A DNA stretch of 64,000 nucleotides, from IMG/VR virus record IMGVR_UViG_3300031963_000066, positions 20,668 to 84,667 of that record; one strand, written 5' to 3'. Under the pieces are notes generated by a model that made no database searches, was not told the origin of the DNA, and saw nothing but the letters and a program-made list of their open reading frames with translations. Each line of letters begins with the position of its first letter. Position 1 is the stretch's first letter. Origin of the DNA: a virus. The position numbers and the translations under genes are program-made. Shown here in pieces: positions 9,127-18,033 of the stretch.

Positions 9127-10854
9127 TTATAACGCTGCAATTCTACTCTGAAAATCGGCAAAACTGGATGATGCAGCAACAATTACTTTCAAGTTTGCAA
9201 GAGGCAGTGCTGCAGCTCTTTGTGTTGTACCATTATTAAATATGACATTTCCAGTATTCACAATGTTTTTGCCACTCAAATCCAATGCTGTTGGGTCACC
9301 AGAAGATGGTACTATGATTTTACCATTAGAATCGAATTGCCATTTTTGTTTAAATGGTGTTACAGATTTCTCATACAAACCACCAGGAGTTGAATAAACA
9401 ATTACATTTGTTGTATATGTGTAATCTGTATTCTCAGCAATCGTTACAGTTGTATTGCCGGTACCAACGGTTGTACTTGTTGCAGTGTTTGCTTCTGGTA
9501 TACCAACATAAGTGAAATCACCCCAAGAACTACCATTTGCACCAAGATATGTTCCAGATAGAGAACCATCTACAGGCAATTGATAAACTGTTGCAAATGT
9601 GTTTGATTTACCTGATGGCTTAGAATAACCAATACCAACAAGATAGTCACCTGAAACATCTAGTTGTCTATGGCCAAGTCTGATTGTTTGGTTTGCACTT
9701 GCAATTTCTAAAGACCTTGCCCAAACTAATTCACCATTTGCATCAATTTTATATGTGATAAATGCTGTCTGGTTGTTTGCATCTGTTGTTGCACCATTTA
9801 CATACAAATAATCATTCTTGTGTTTAATCCAATTGATTTTTGGTGTTGTAATACCAGTTATTGTTTTTTCCCAAATCAATTGATTATTGGATCTAAATTT
9901 ATAAATGTTAGTATTTGATGCTGCATACCAATTATTTGATGTATCAGAAGTCAAACTTATAATTGTGTTTCCGTTTGTATCAACATTGTTTGTCCAAAGA
10001 TAAACACCCTCTGTATCAAACTTGTGAACTTTTCCGTTTGCAGAACCAACTAAAACACCATACTCATTTGGTAACGCTAAACAGCAAAATGCATTTGTGG
10101 ATTCTGTTTGTGAAGTGAAATATGTGAAGTACAATTCACCTGTGTTGTCAAGACCTGTTAGTAGGTTGTGTTCACCAACAAAGTATGGGAATCCTTGGTC
10201 ATCAACAGTAATGTCTACAGAACCTACTGCATCTTCTACCATCGAACTCCAAACATTTTGGCCAACAGAATTAAATTTGGTAACTAGAGTTGAAAAAGTA
10301 TTTGGAAGATTTGTCAACAAATACACATTGTTGTTTGCATCAATATCTAAAGATTCAGAATAACTACCATATGAGGTGTTTGCTGGCACAGAACGAGTCC
10401 AGAATATTTCACCTGTTGTATCAAATTTTACAATTGTAGATTGTGGATAACCTGTGGTTTCATTTTGTGTTGTCAGTGCAACATAAATGTTATTGGCAGA
10501 ATCGTATGCAACACTGTGACCATATGTATTGGCTAACTGAGTTGTTAGTTGACCATATAATAGACCCCAAACTTTTTTGTTGTGATGGTCATTACCAAGT
10601 TCCACTCTTGTATTACTATACATTATGGTATCGGTAAAACTGATATCACCCAAGAAAACAGAATTTGCTTTATTGAAAGCACCTTGTGCTAGTGCAGCAT
10701 TGTTTGCTGATTGTGAATTTGCAGTATTAGAATTATTGGAAACATTGGTATACAGCTCGGTAAAGTTGTCATTTGATTTGACAAATGCGGCTCTTAGTGT
10801 ATCACCTTTACCATCATTTGCTCTAATACCAATATTGATTGTTTGTTTAGCCAT
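9127..10854 (-). CDS. Fibre/spike-like structural protein: gp9/gp10-like N-terminus plus beta-propeller-like repeats
   Basis: N-terminus MAKQTINIG..NDGKGDTLRAAFVKSNDNFTELY; repeated DxxNNxY and KFDxxGxxxW blades; C-terminus FADFQSRIAAL. Confidence 0.65.
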   Translation of the reverse strand: MAKQTINIGIRANDGKGDTLRAAFVKSNDNFTELYTNVSNNSNTANSQSANNAALAQGAFNKANSVFLGDISFTDTIMYSNTRVELGNDHHNKKVWGLLYGQLTTQLANTYGHSVAYDSANNIYVALTTQNETTGYPQSTIVKFDTTGEIFWTRSVPANTSYGSYSESLDIDANNNVYLLTNLPNTFSTLVTKFNSVGQNVWSSMVEDAVGSVDITVDDQGFPYFVGEHNLLTGLDNTGELYFTYFTSQTESTNAFCCLALPNEYGVLVGSANGKVHKFDTEGVYLWTNNVDTNGNTIISLTSDTSNNWYAASNTNIYKFRSNNQLIWEKTITGITTPKINWIKHKNDYLYVNGATTDANNQTAFITYKIDANGELVWARSLEIASANQTIRLGHRQLDVSGDYLVGIGYSKPSGKSNTFATVYQLPVDGSLSGTYLGANGSSWGDFTYVGIPEANTATSTTVGTGNTTVTIAENTDYTYTTNVIVYSTPGGLYEKSVTPFKQKWQFDSNGKIIVPSSGDPTALDLSGKNIVNTGNVIFNNGTTQRAAALPLANLKVIVAASSSFADFQSRIAAL

Positions 10855-10874
10855 TTGTTTCTCTCATTTGATGT

Positions 10875-11894
10875 TTATTGGTTTGCGGCCTTGTTAATTG
10901 TCAAGACTTCATTTAGTGTGTTATCGGTCTTAGCGTCAACTTTATCAACAGTCATAAAGTCGATATCTGTAGAAACTCTACCAACAGCATCAACTTCAAC
11001 AAATTTCAATGGGTTCAAATTATATGTGGTGAAGTTATAGTTTGCCAAAGTATTAACTCCATATATAGGTTTATCGGACACAAAGTTTCCTGTTAGTGAT
11101 TTTAATCTAAGTAGGTTGTCTGTAAATTGAACAACAATTCCTGTTGCTGTTGTATCATCTGATGTATATCCTTGATATACTTTTTCACCAACTTTATATG
11201 TACCAAAACCAGAATTTAAATTCAATGTAAATTCAACAACATCTTCTTCGGTAATTAAGTTGAACACTGAAACAAATGCACGATTGATGACACCAGTTTC
11301 TGTGGTTTTACCAAATACAAATCCTTTGACAGTGAAGTTTAATGTCCAGACTATCATTCTGGTTTCGTTCTCTCTACCACCTTCGTAAATAATTTCATGT
11401 GATGTTGAGTTTAAAATCACAGGTACTTCTTTAATAATCCCCATTTCAGGAATCAAATTCAATTTGATGGTGTAATCTGGTGTAAAGAATGGTAGTATGT
11501 GTTCAATGATTTGTGTACCATCTTCAATGTTTCGAACATATATGTACAGATTAAAATCAAAATTGTATGGTACTGGATTGTATTGTGCAATAACACCGGT
11601 CGCTGTATTTGTGCCTGCAAAATTTTTAATGTTGGTATTTTGTTTTCTACTTGAATCATAACTAAGACCGGCCATCTCAAACGACATTTTAGGTAAAGTT
11701 ACTTGAACTTTTTTATCTAATTGAGGATCACTCTCAAGGCGCATAACATATCGTTCTTTTGATGCATAAACAATAGGCACAATAAATCTCTCAGATTCGG
11801 TTTCGTCTGATTTGAATCTGTATAGTGTTATGTTGTCAAAAAGATTACCAAATCCAACAACTAATTTTCTGATGACACGGTTGTATGTTGACAT
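10875..11894 (-). CDS. gp15: Tail sheath stabiliser / tail terminator with C-terminal extension
   Basis: RKLVVGFGNLF, LPKMSFEM, PVPYN and QIIEHILPFFTP motifs. Confidence 0.93.
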   Translation of the reverse strand: MSTYNRVIRKLVVGFGNLFDNITLYRFKSDETESERFIVPIVYASKERYVMRLESDPQLDKKVQVTLPKMSFEMAGLSYDSSRKQNTNIKNFAGTNTATGVIAQYNPVPYNFDFNLYIYVRNIEDGTQIIEHILPFFTPDYTIKLNLIPEMGIIKEVPVILNSTSHEIIYEGGRENETRMIVWTLNFTVKGFVFGKTTETGVINRAFVSVFNLITEEDVVEFTLNLNSGFGTYKVGEKVYQGYTSDDTTATGIVVQFTDNLLRLKSLTGNFVSDKPIYGVNTLANYNFTTYNLNPLKFVEVDAVGRVSTDIDFMTVDKVDAKTDNTLNEVLTINKAANQ

Positions 11895-12775
11895 TATATT
11901 TTTCCAAACGGATTAGTTTCGGTGAAATCTATAATGTTATCGGCTTCATTGTCCAAATAATCATTGTCATAGGCTTCATTTCTTGTACTGTCTTTTAATG
12001 GATTATATGATGACAAATAGTATTGTGCATTGCTTGTTGCACCAATGATTGCAACATTGTTTGCAAACTCACCGGCAACATTTGTTACTTTTAATATATC
12101 ATTGACAGTGTTCCATTCTTGTACCATTGCAACCACTGATGCGTTTGCTTGTGTACCATCCCTAGATTGAAATACAATTTCTCTAGGTTCATATGTTCCA
12201 GTTCCAACACCAGTGTTCAAATCTATTGTATAACTTGATTGAATCATTATATCATCAATATCTTCCACACCAGTGTCGATAACTTCTTGTGAGTACTTGA
12301 ATTTCTCTAGTTCTAATTCGTAGAAATAAGGAATCTTGCGGCCTAACATGAAGAAGTCTTTGGTTTGATTGGTGAATTTAATTTCAAACAATTCACCGGT
12401 ACCATTTAAGAAAGGCACATAAATCAAATCACCTTCACGGGGTCTGGTGAATAGGTCTTGTGGTACTCTTTGAGAGAAAGAACGCTTTGATAGTATGATA
12501 TTGATATTGTTTTTAATCTCAAGACCAAATTTAGAAAAGAATTCTTTCTCGCCACCGTACTCCATTGAACTAGATAGATAGAACTCAATTGGAAAGGCCG
12601 AACCAAATCTTTTAATTGGATCTTCACCATATAGAATGTCTCTATCTTCTTCATTCTCAATAGGCAGGTAGTAGGCGTCATAACCTTGAATTTTAATACT
12701 TTCTACAATCAAATCTTCTATTACTCTCTGTTCAGCAAGAGAGTTGTAGTTGTTGAAATACACCGAGGTCGCCAT
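11894..12775 (-). CDS. gp14: Neck protein
   Basis: DLIVESIKIQG, FFSKFGLEI, RPREGDLIY and DFTETNPFG motifs. Confidence 0.93.
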   Translation of the reverse strand: MATSVYFNNYNSLAEQRVIEDLIVESIKIQGYDAYYLPIENEEDRDILYGEDPIKRFGSAFPIEFYLSSSMEYGGEKEFFSKFGLEIKNNINIILSKRSFSQRVPQDLFTRPREGDLIYVPFLNGTGELFEIKFTNQTKDFFMLGRKIPYFYELELEKFKYSQEVIDTGVEDIDDIMIQSSYTIDLNTGVGTGTYEPREIVFQSRDGTQANASVVAMVQEWNTVNDILKVTNVAGEFANNVAIIGATSNAQYYLSSYNPLKDSTRNEAYDNDYLDNEADNIIDFTETNPFGKI

Positions 12776-12779
12776 GATA

Positions 12780-13283
12780 TTATCCTAACTTTTCACAAAA
12801 ATAATTTTTGTGGTGTTTTCTTAAACCACTAGCCACAATTGACATTTTTGAACTATCCAAGTTATTTTCCTTACAATATTGTTGTAAATTTTTTATTTTT
12901 ATTTTTGTTCCGTCTGGTTTGGTTATTAACCAATTTCTACTATTACTCTCGGATATTTTATTTTTCCATTCACAAGGACGGCCTTTTAATGTCTCACTCA
13001 TTTTTAATTTATATTCATCAGACCATTTACGACCTAAATTTGCTTTGTGACCTACTGGTGGTCTAGATTTTTTACCAGACATTACAAATAGTTCGTGTAA
13101 CAATTCTTCTTTACCAATAATGCCAGCTAAACCTTTCCAAGCTAATTCATCTTGTTTATGTCCATATTTTTCCCACAAAACACGATGAGCTTCCGCATGT
13201 TCTTCTACGGTAAGTTCAATTAAATTGGACGGATCATTTGTTCCACCCATATGTTTTGGAATAATATGGTGTTGGTGTTTCAT
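12780..13283 (-). mobile_element. Free-standing HNH homing endonuclease with NUMOD3-like DNA-binding motif
   Basis: HHIIPKHMGGTNDPSNLIELTVEEHAEAH (HNH) and GRKWSDEYKLKMSETLKG (NUMOD3-like). Lys-rich, and wedged between gp13 and gp14 with 1-4 nt gaps. Confidence 0.88.
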
Positions 13284-13284
13284 A

Positions 13285-14061
13285 TTAGTTCATAAACATT
13301 TCTAGTGGTGCACCGTACTTGTCACCAATTTCTGCATGAAGGGCATCAATTTCTGTTTTTGCTTCCTCATAAATCTTATCACCATTCAACATGACACCAC
13401 CTGGTAATTGTATACCACTAAACTTTTTAAGGTTGTTGCCCCATGAACGCTTGATAAGTGCTGTTGCATACTCTTTTAACCAACGGTCGTTCCAGACATA
13501 ATTGTAATATTCTGGATTGATTGTTGCATAAGATTCCATGACAACAACAGTACCGACTGGTGCTTGTGAAGAACCCCAAGCCCAATCAATGAAAAGTTTT
13601 TTCATGTGTCTTTGATAACGGATTGGTATTTCACCAGTAAACATTAACTCCAATGAACGCAAATGTTGTTGTGTTAATGTATAGTTGATGTAAGATGCGG
13701 AAGTGAAATCGTACAATTCATTCAAACGCAATTGATATCTCAAGTCAAACATGTTGATTGATGCTGACGAATCTTGAATAGGGAAAATTCTAGTTATACC
13801 AACTATGTCAACAGAATTATTTGAATCGTCTGTAACATTAGTTAGATTTATATATTTGTTTTGAATGTCTGTCGCATCAAGTTTTTTGATGTAATATATT
13901 TTTTGTAGGCCATCAAAGTGGTAGTCTTGCCAATATTGAAGTGCATCATCAATACGGTCTTCTACCTGATCGTCATCAACGTTGATTTCGATTACTGGAA
14001 ACCCTAGTCTACGCAGGCAATAATCTTTGAATGCCGTTCTTGTTGTTATTGGTTGTGCCAT
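13285..14061 (-). CDS. gp13: Neck protein
   Basis: YCLRRLGFPVIEINVDDDQ, WLKEYATALIK and LPGGVMLNG motifs. Confidence 0.95.
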   Translation of the reverse strand: MAQPITTRTAFKDYCLRRLGFPVIEINVDDDQVEDRIDDALQYWQDYHFDGLQKIYYIKKLDATDIQNKYINLTNVTDDSNNSVDIVGITRIFPIQDSSASINMFDLRYQLRLNELYDFTSASYINYTLTQQHLRSLELMFTGEIPIRYQRHMKKLFIDWAWGSSQAPVGTVVVMESYATINPEYYNYVWNDRWLKEYATALIKRSWGNNLKKFSGIQLPGGVMLNGDKIYEEAKTEIDALHAEIGDKYGAPLEMFMN

Positions 14062-14080
14062 TATATCCCCCTATAAGGGG

Positions 14081-14088
14081 TATTTATG
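14081..14088 (-). promoter_or_regulatory. Late promoter (CATAAATA) for gp13, followed by an RBS-overlapping hairpin
   Basis: Minus strand reads CATAAATA CCCCT TAT AGGGG G ATATA ATG. Confidence 0.65.
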
Positions 14089-14117
14089 CATCATTGGTTG
14101 TTTCGTCAACTGATACA

Positions 14118-15047
14118 TTAATTGAATTTGATAGATCCTGAACCCGTAAATTTATATATTCTATACCCGGATAATATTGTATATGTAACTGTGCCTGTAG
14201 TTGTAGCTGCTGCGTAACCGGTTGGGTACTTGATAACTGCAATACCTGAACCACCGTTACCTGCATTAGTGCCGGCGCCGTTTTTCATACCACCACCGCC
14301 GCCGCCGGAATTTGTTCCGCCATTCCCACCAACAGTATTTGTTCCATTCTGGCCGCCGTTTGCACCTCCTGTGCCTCCAGCTGTTGAACTTCCTCCACCA
14401 CCACCACCTGCACCACCGTTGCCCGCTGTGCCGGTATTGACGCTGCCGCCACCGCCACCGCCGCAATAATATGTTGCAGTGCCTGTTATGGAATTTTGTA
14501 ATCCAATACCACCTGAACCTGCCACTGTGCCGCTTACACTATTTCCACCAACAGCACCTGCGCCGCCACCGCCGGCACCTGCCAAAGCAGTGCCTGATAC
14601 AAATGCATCACCTCCAGCATTTCCTTGACCTGTGATTGGTTCTCCACCCAAGTGGTCTGTTACGGAGCTACTAACTCCACCGCCACCTGAGGCGCCACTT
14701 CCTGGCCTTCTTGGATCCGTGTAGCCTCCAATGCCCCATCCACCGCCGTATGCATACAAAGAAAAACCAGTTGATGTGATTGAAGTGTCACCGCCTCGTT
14801 CTCCATTTGAAGAACTCGCACTGAAGACTCCTACCGCACCGGCGCCGCCGCCAGCAACGGTTACTGTATAGGTTACATTTTTTTTAAAAGTAAATTCACT
14901 CTGATAATTATAACCACCAGCACCAGCTCCTGCTGATCCACCTCCTCCACCTCCTCCAACCAGTAACATCTCAACTGTTATCAAATCACTACTTAAAGTA
15001 GTGTTTTTAGTGGATATTTTACTCTTAGATAAAGTTTTGATTGCCAT
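14118..15047 (-). CDS. Glycine-rich putative receptor-binding / fibre tip protein
   Basis: LLVGGGGGG, YCGGGGGG, GGSGIAVIKY and YKFTGSG motifs typical of polyglycine-rich phage adhesins. Confidence 0.7.
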   Translation of the reverse strand: MAIKTLSKSKISTKNTTLSSDLITVEMLLVGGGGGGGSAGAGAGGYNYQSEFTFKKNVTYTVTVAGGGAGAVGVFSASSSNGERGGDTSITSTGFSLYAYGGGWGIGGYTDPRRPGSGASGGGGVSSSVTDHLGGEPITGQGNAGGDAFVSGTALAGAGGGGAGAVGGNSVSGTVAGSGGIGLQNSITGTATYYCGGGGGGSVNTGTAGNGGAGGGGGGSSTAGGTGGANGGQNGTNTVGGNGGTNSGGGGGGMKNGAGTNAGNGGSGIAVIKYPTGYAAATTTGTVTYTILSGYRIYKFTGSGSIKFN

Positions 15048-15048
15048 G

Positions 15049-15378
15049 TTAGGTTATCTCACTACCGTAAGCGTGGAAACTTATTAATGCACTACTTGCA
15101 TTTACTGTGACAACATCAGTTGTTGCTAAAGTTAAACCAAGTGTTAATGATAACATATCATTTGCTGGTACAGGTGTGTCAAATGCCAAATAGTGTTGTG
15201 TAGCCAATGTTGCTCCTGCTGGACGAACAGCTACTTTAACTGTGCCGCCAGTGGCAGCCTGGTTACAAATAGAAAGTGTGGAAACAATTGTACTTGTTGC
15301 CGCAGGAACAGTGTAAAGAGTTGTTGCTGTGTTTGCTGCTGGATTTGATTGACCTAAAACTTTGTATGTTATTGCCAT
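15049..15378 (-). CDS. Small beta-rich virion adaptor protein (paralogue of 24882 and 27787)
   Basis: 109 aa; TTLYTVPA..STIVS..ICN; ends SEIT like its two paralogues. Confidence 0.65.
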   Translation of the reverse strand: MAITYKVLGQSNPAANTATTLYTVPAATSTIVSTLSICNQAATGGTVKVAVRPAGATLATQHYLAFDTPVPANDMLSLTLGLTLATTDVVTVNASSALISFHAYGSEIT

Positions 15379-15387
15379 GATTTTTCC

Positions 15388-15819
15388 TTATGCTCCCATT
15401 AACAAGAATGGATTGATTGTGTTTGTAGATCCACCACTACTTGCTGTGTTAGCAGCTGCAAAGGCCGCATTGGCCTGGTTAAATGCAAACGTGGCACTTG
15501 AACCAGAATTTGCTGCAGCGAAAGCCGCATTAGCTTGTAAGAACCCAGAATTGGCATATAAACTGGCTGAATTGGCTGCACCAAAAGCTGAATTGGATGT
15601 TAAAAATGCTCCATTGGCATATAAACTGGCTGAATTGGCTGCACCAAAAGCTGAATTGGATGTTAAAAATGCTCCATTGGCATATAAACCTGCACTAGTT
15701 GCACCACCGGCCGCATTGGCTGCTTCAAAAGCTCCATTGGCTTGAGCATATGCCGAACCAACCAACGATGAATAATCATACGATGTGTCTATATTCGGTA
15801 ATTTTATTTTTGTTGTCAT
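15388..15819 (-). CDS. Short ANxAF-repeat stalk protein
   Basis: MTTKIK N-terminus, ANSASLYANGAF repeats, and hydrophobic C-terminus NPFLLMGA. Confidence 0.7.
   Translation of the reverse strand: MTTKIKLPNIDTSYDYSSLVGSAYAQANGAFEAANAAGGATSAGLYANGAFLTSNSAFGAANSASLYANGAFLTSNSAFGAANSASLYANSGFLQANAAFAAANSGSSATFAFNQANAAFAAANTASSGGSTNTINPFLLMGA
15550..15689. repeat. Perfect 63-bp tandem repeat (about 2.2 copies) inside the 143-aa gene
   Basis: Unit attggcatataaactggctgaattggctgcaccaaaagctgaattggatgttaaaaatgctcc at 15550 and 15613, with a partial copy at 15676. Confidence 0.9.
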
Positions 15820-15825
15820 TTTTTA

Positions 15826-16179
15826 TTAAGGTGTATATTCAACCCAAGCCAAGGTTGCTTCATCCCATCCATATGATTTTTCATCTTCGGGCCTCGCAAC
15901 AGGTGCATCCCAATGGCAAGATGTTTCATTTAATATCCAACTTGGAAATGGTTTAGGTGGTATGAAAGCGTCACGTTCTTTATCGTAGGTGTATCCAATA
16001 CCCGCATAATTTTTACGCAAAGGTGTACCACCCAATCTATGCTCACCCATAATGGTGTTATAACTTGTTTGTATCCAAGATTCTTTTGGACCAAACATAC
16101 CAGAATCAATTACATCCTGTTCAATAACAAGAACTCTTGTTACAATATTGTTTTCATCTATCTGTGCAAAGTGTGCCAT
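15826..16179 (-). CDS. Small fibre-associated protein (possible assembly chaperone)
   Basis: MAHFAQID..., WIQTSYN, RKNYAGIGYTYD..RDAFIPPKPFPSW; follows a Gly-rich gene; AATAAATA at 16209-16216. Confidence 0.65.
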   Translation of the reverse strand: MAHFAQIDENNIVTRVLVIEQDVIDSGMFGPKESWIQTSYNTIMGEHRLGGTPLRKNYAGIGYTYDKERDAFIPPKPFPSWILNETSCHWDAPVARPEDEKSYGWDEATLAWVEYTP

Positions 16180-16214
16180 TTTTATCCCATTAAAAATTAT
16201 TCATGCTCTATTTA

Positions 16215-17291
16215 TTATAAATCTGCTGTATATGTGGCTGGATAAGCTCTGGTCACATCACCTGGTCTAGTGCCTGACCATATAATTCTAACACCACCTG
16301 TATTTCCTGATCCACTATAAACCACACCACCACCAATTATACCCGTTCCTTTTTTAACTGCACCACCGCCGCCACCATAAGTACCACCAAAATTTCTATC
16401 GGATGTTGTAACGCTACCAAGGCCTGCTGTTCCATCTTTTGAATCTGTTGCCGACGAACCAGCACGGATGCCGCCGCCGGCATCTGTTGTACCTGAAGAT
16501 TGGAATACGCCAAGTCCACCGCCGCCAGAACCCACTTTGTTAGTTGCGGAATGCGGTGGTTTAAGTGAATTTCCTCCTCCACCACCAGAACGATAAGATG
16601 GACCATTGGTTGTGTATGCACAACCTCCACCGCCAGGTGCACCGCCACCATATGTGTCACCAGAAATAGACATATCTCCTGATCCATCGGAACCACCGTA
16701 TCCACCTTGGCCAGCTACTGTTAATGTTCCGTTTCCAATAACTAAACCAAATCTACCTCCAGCACCGCCATTACCATAGTAACCACCTGCGCCACATCCA
16801 CCCCATGCACCCGCTTGTGTTCCGTTTGCGCTGCCACCTCGGCCACCACCATCACCAACAAAATTTCCACCAACCACGTTTGCGGATGCACCTGATGAAC
16901 CACTTGGTCCAGTACCACCAAATCCTGCTACCGTTGATGTGTTAATAAAATAACTATTGCCTGTTGTGTGTACTCCTGGATATGCATCAGGTGCAACGTT
17001 TGCTGTTACTCTTGATTGTCCAGCACCAACAACTACTGTATATGATGCACCTGGTGTAACAGAAATATTATTTTTCCATCCTAATCCACCACCACTACCA
17101 CCAGCCATTCTTGTTGCTGCACCACTTTGACCCATAGCACCACCTGCGCCACCGCCACCAATGCAAACAACACAAACACTTGTTACACCATCAGGTGCAA
17201 CCCAAGTGTAAGTTCCTGCCGCAGTGTATTCTGCTTGTCCTGGAGCAATACCGGTTGGTCCAACAATATAAGAATTTACAAGGAAACTCAT
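16215..17291 (-). CDS. Glycine-rich putative receptor-binding protein
   Basis: GTYTWVAPDGVTSVCVVCIGGGG, WKNNISVTPG and GGVRIIW motifs. Confidence 0.7.
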   Translation of the reverse strand: MSFLVNSYIVGPTGIAPGQAEYTAAGTYTWVAPDGVTSVCVVCIGGGGAGGAMGQSGAATRMAGGSGGGLGWKNNISVTPGASYTVVVGAGQSRVTANVAPDAYPGVHTTGNSYFINTSTVAGFGGTGPSGSSGASANVVGGNFVGDGGGRGGSANGTQAGAWGGCGAGGYYGNGGAGGRFGLVIGNGTLTVAGQGGYGGSDGSGDMSISGDTYGGGAPGGGGCAYTTNGPSYRSGGGGGNSLKPPHSATNKVGSGGGGLGVFQSSGTTDAGGGIRAGSSATDSKDGTAGLGSVTTSDRNFGGTYGGGGGAVKKGTGIIGGGVVYSGSGNTGGVRIIWSGTRPGDVTRAYPATYTADL

Positions 17292-18010
17292 GTTCGTCTA
17301 TAATATAATGTTACTTTTAATCCTTTTGCACCAGTACCAGCAACATCAATATCCATAGTTATTTCATCATCATCTGAAAAAGTAGTTGTAGATAACACCG
17401 CCGGTGTAGCGGCAGTAACACTTGTTTTTTCATTTGCATCTATTGTTAATCTTGTGCCAAAAATAGTAGTACCGTTTTTATTAATATCAATTTCAGGAAT
17501 TCCAGATGTACTTGCAGTGGCCAATGATGCTCTAGGTATCTGATACAGTGTCATTGCATGTGGTGCTCTAAATGTTACTTTAGCTGTACCTGTAGTTATT
17601 GATGTTGTTTCATCACTAAGAGCCACAGTCAAGTAAACGTTTGCAGAAGTATTGGCTGCAGCAAAAGCACCATTGGCATACAAACTCGCAGAGTTTGCAG
17701 TATCATAAGCATTGTTTGCTTTTGTTCTTACCCACGCATCTGATGCATTGTTGGCTGCATTATATGCTGCATTGGCTTGAATGAATGATCCATTTGCAAA
17801 TATTGATGCCGAGTTTGCAGTAATAAATCCTGCATTGGCCGTACCTCTAGCCCACGAATCTGCACCCGAACCACCGTCATTAGTATTTGCTTGTGCAAAA
17901 GCAGCATTAGCCTGTGCAAACGCAAGATTTGCTCGGTCAAATGCAGAGGGCACCAAAGAAGAAAAATCTTTAGTTGAATCTAATCTTGATGGAGGTACTT
18001 GTGTTGACAT
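17288..18010 (-). CDS. ANxAF-repeat stalk protein with C-terminal beta-sandwich domain
   Basis: ANxAF repeats followed by a VALSDETT...GAKGLKVTL domain; AATAAATA at 18031-18038. Confidence 0.65.
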   Translation of the reverse strand: MSTQVPPSRLDSTKDFSSLVPSAFDRANLAFAQANAAFAQANTNDGGSGADSWARGTANAGFITANSASIFANGSFIQANAAYNAANNASDAWVRTKANNAYDTANSASLYANGAFAAANTSANVYLTVALSDETTSITTGTAKVTFRAPHAMTLYQIPRASLATASTSGIPEIDINKNGTTIFGTRLTIDANEKTSVTAATPAVLSTTTFSDDDEITMDIDVAGTGAKGLKVTLYYRRT

Positions 18011-18033
18011 TAATTATAACCTTTTTACATTAT

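Noticed and set aside
15550-15689. Tandem repeats (also 48262-48356 and 62539-63065) as a possible CRISPR array
   Set aside because: No unique spacers; unit lengths are multiples of 3 and lie in frame within proteins; no cas genes.
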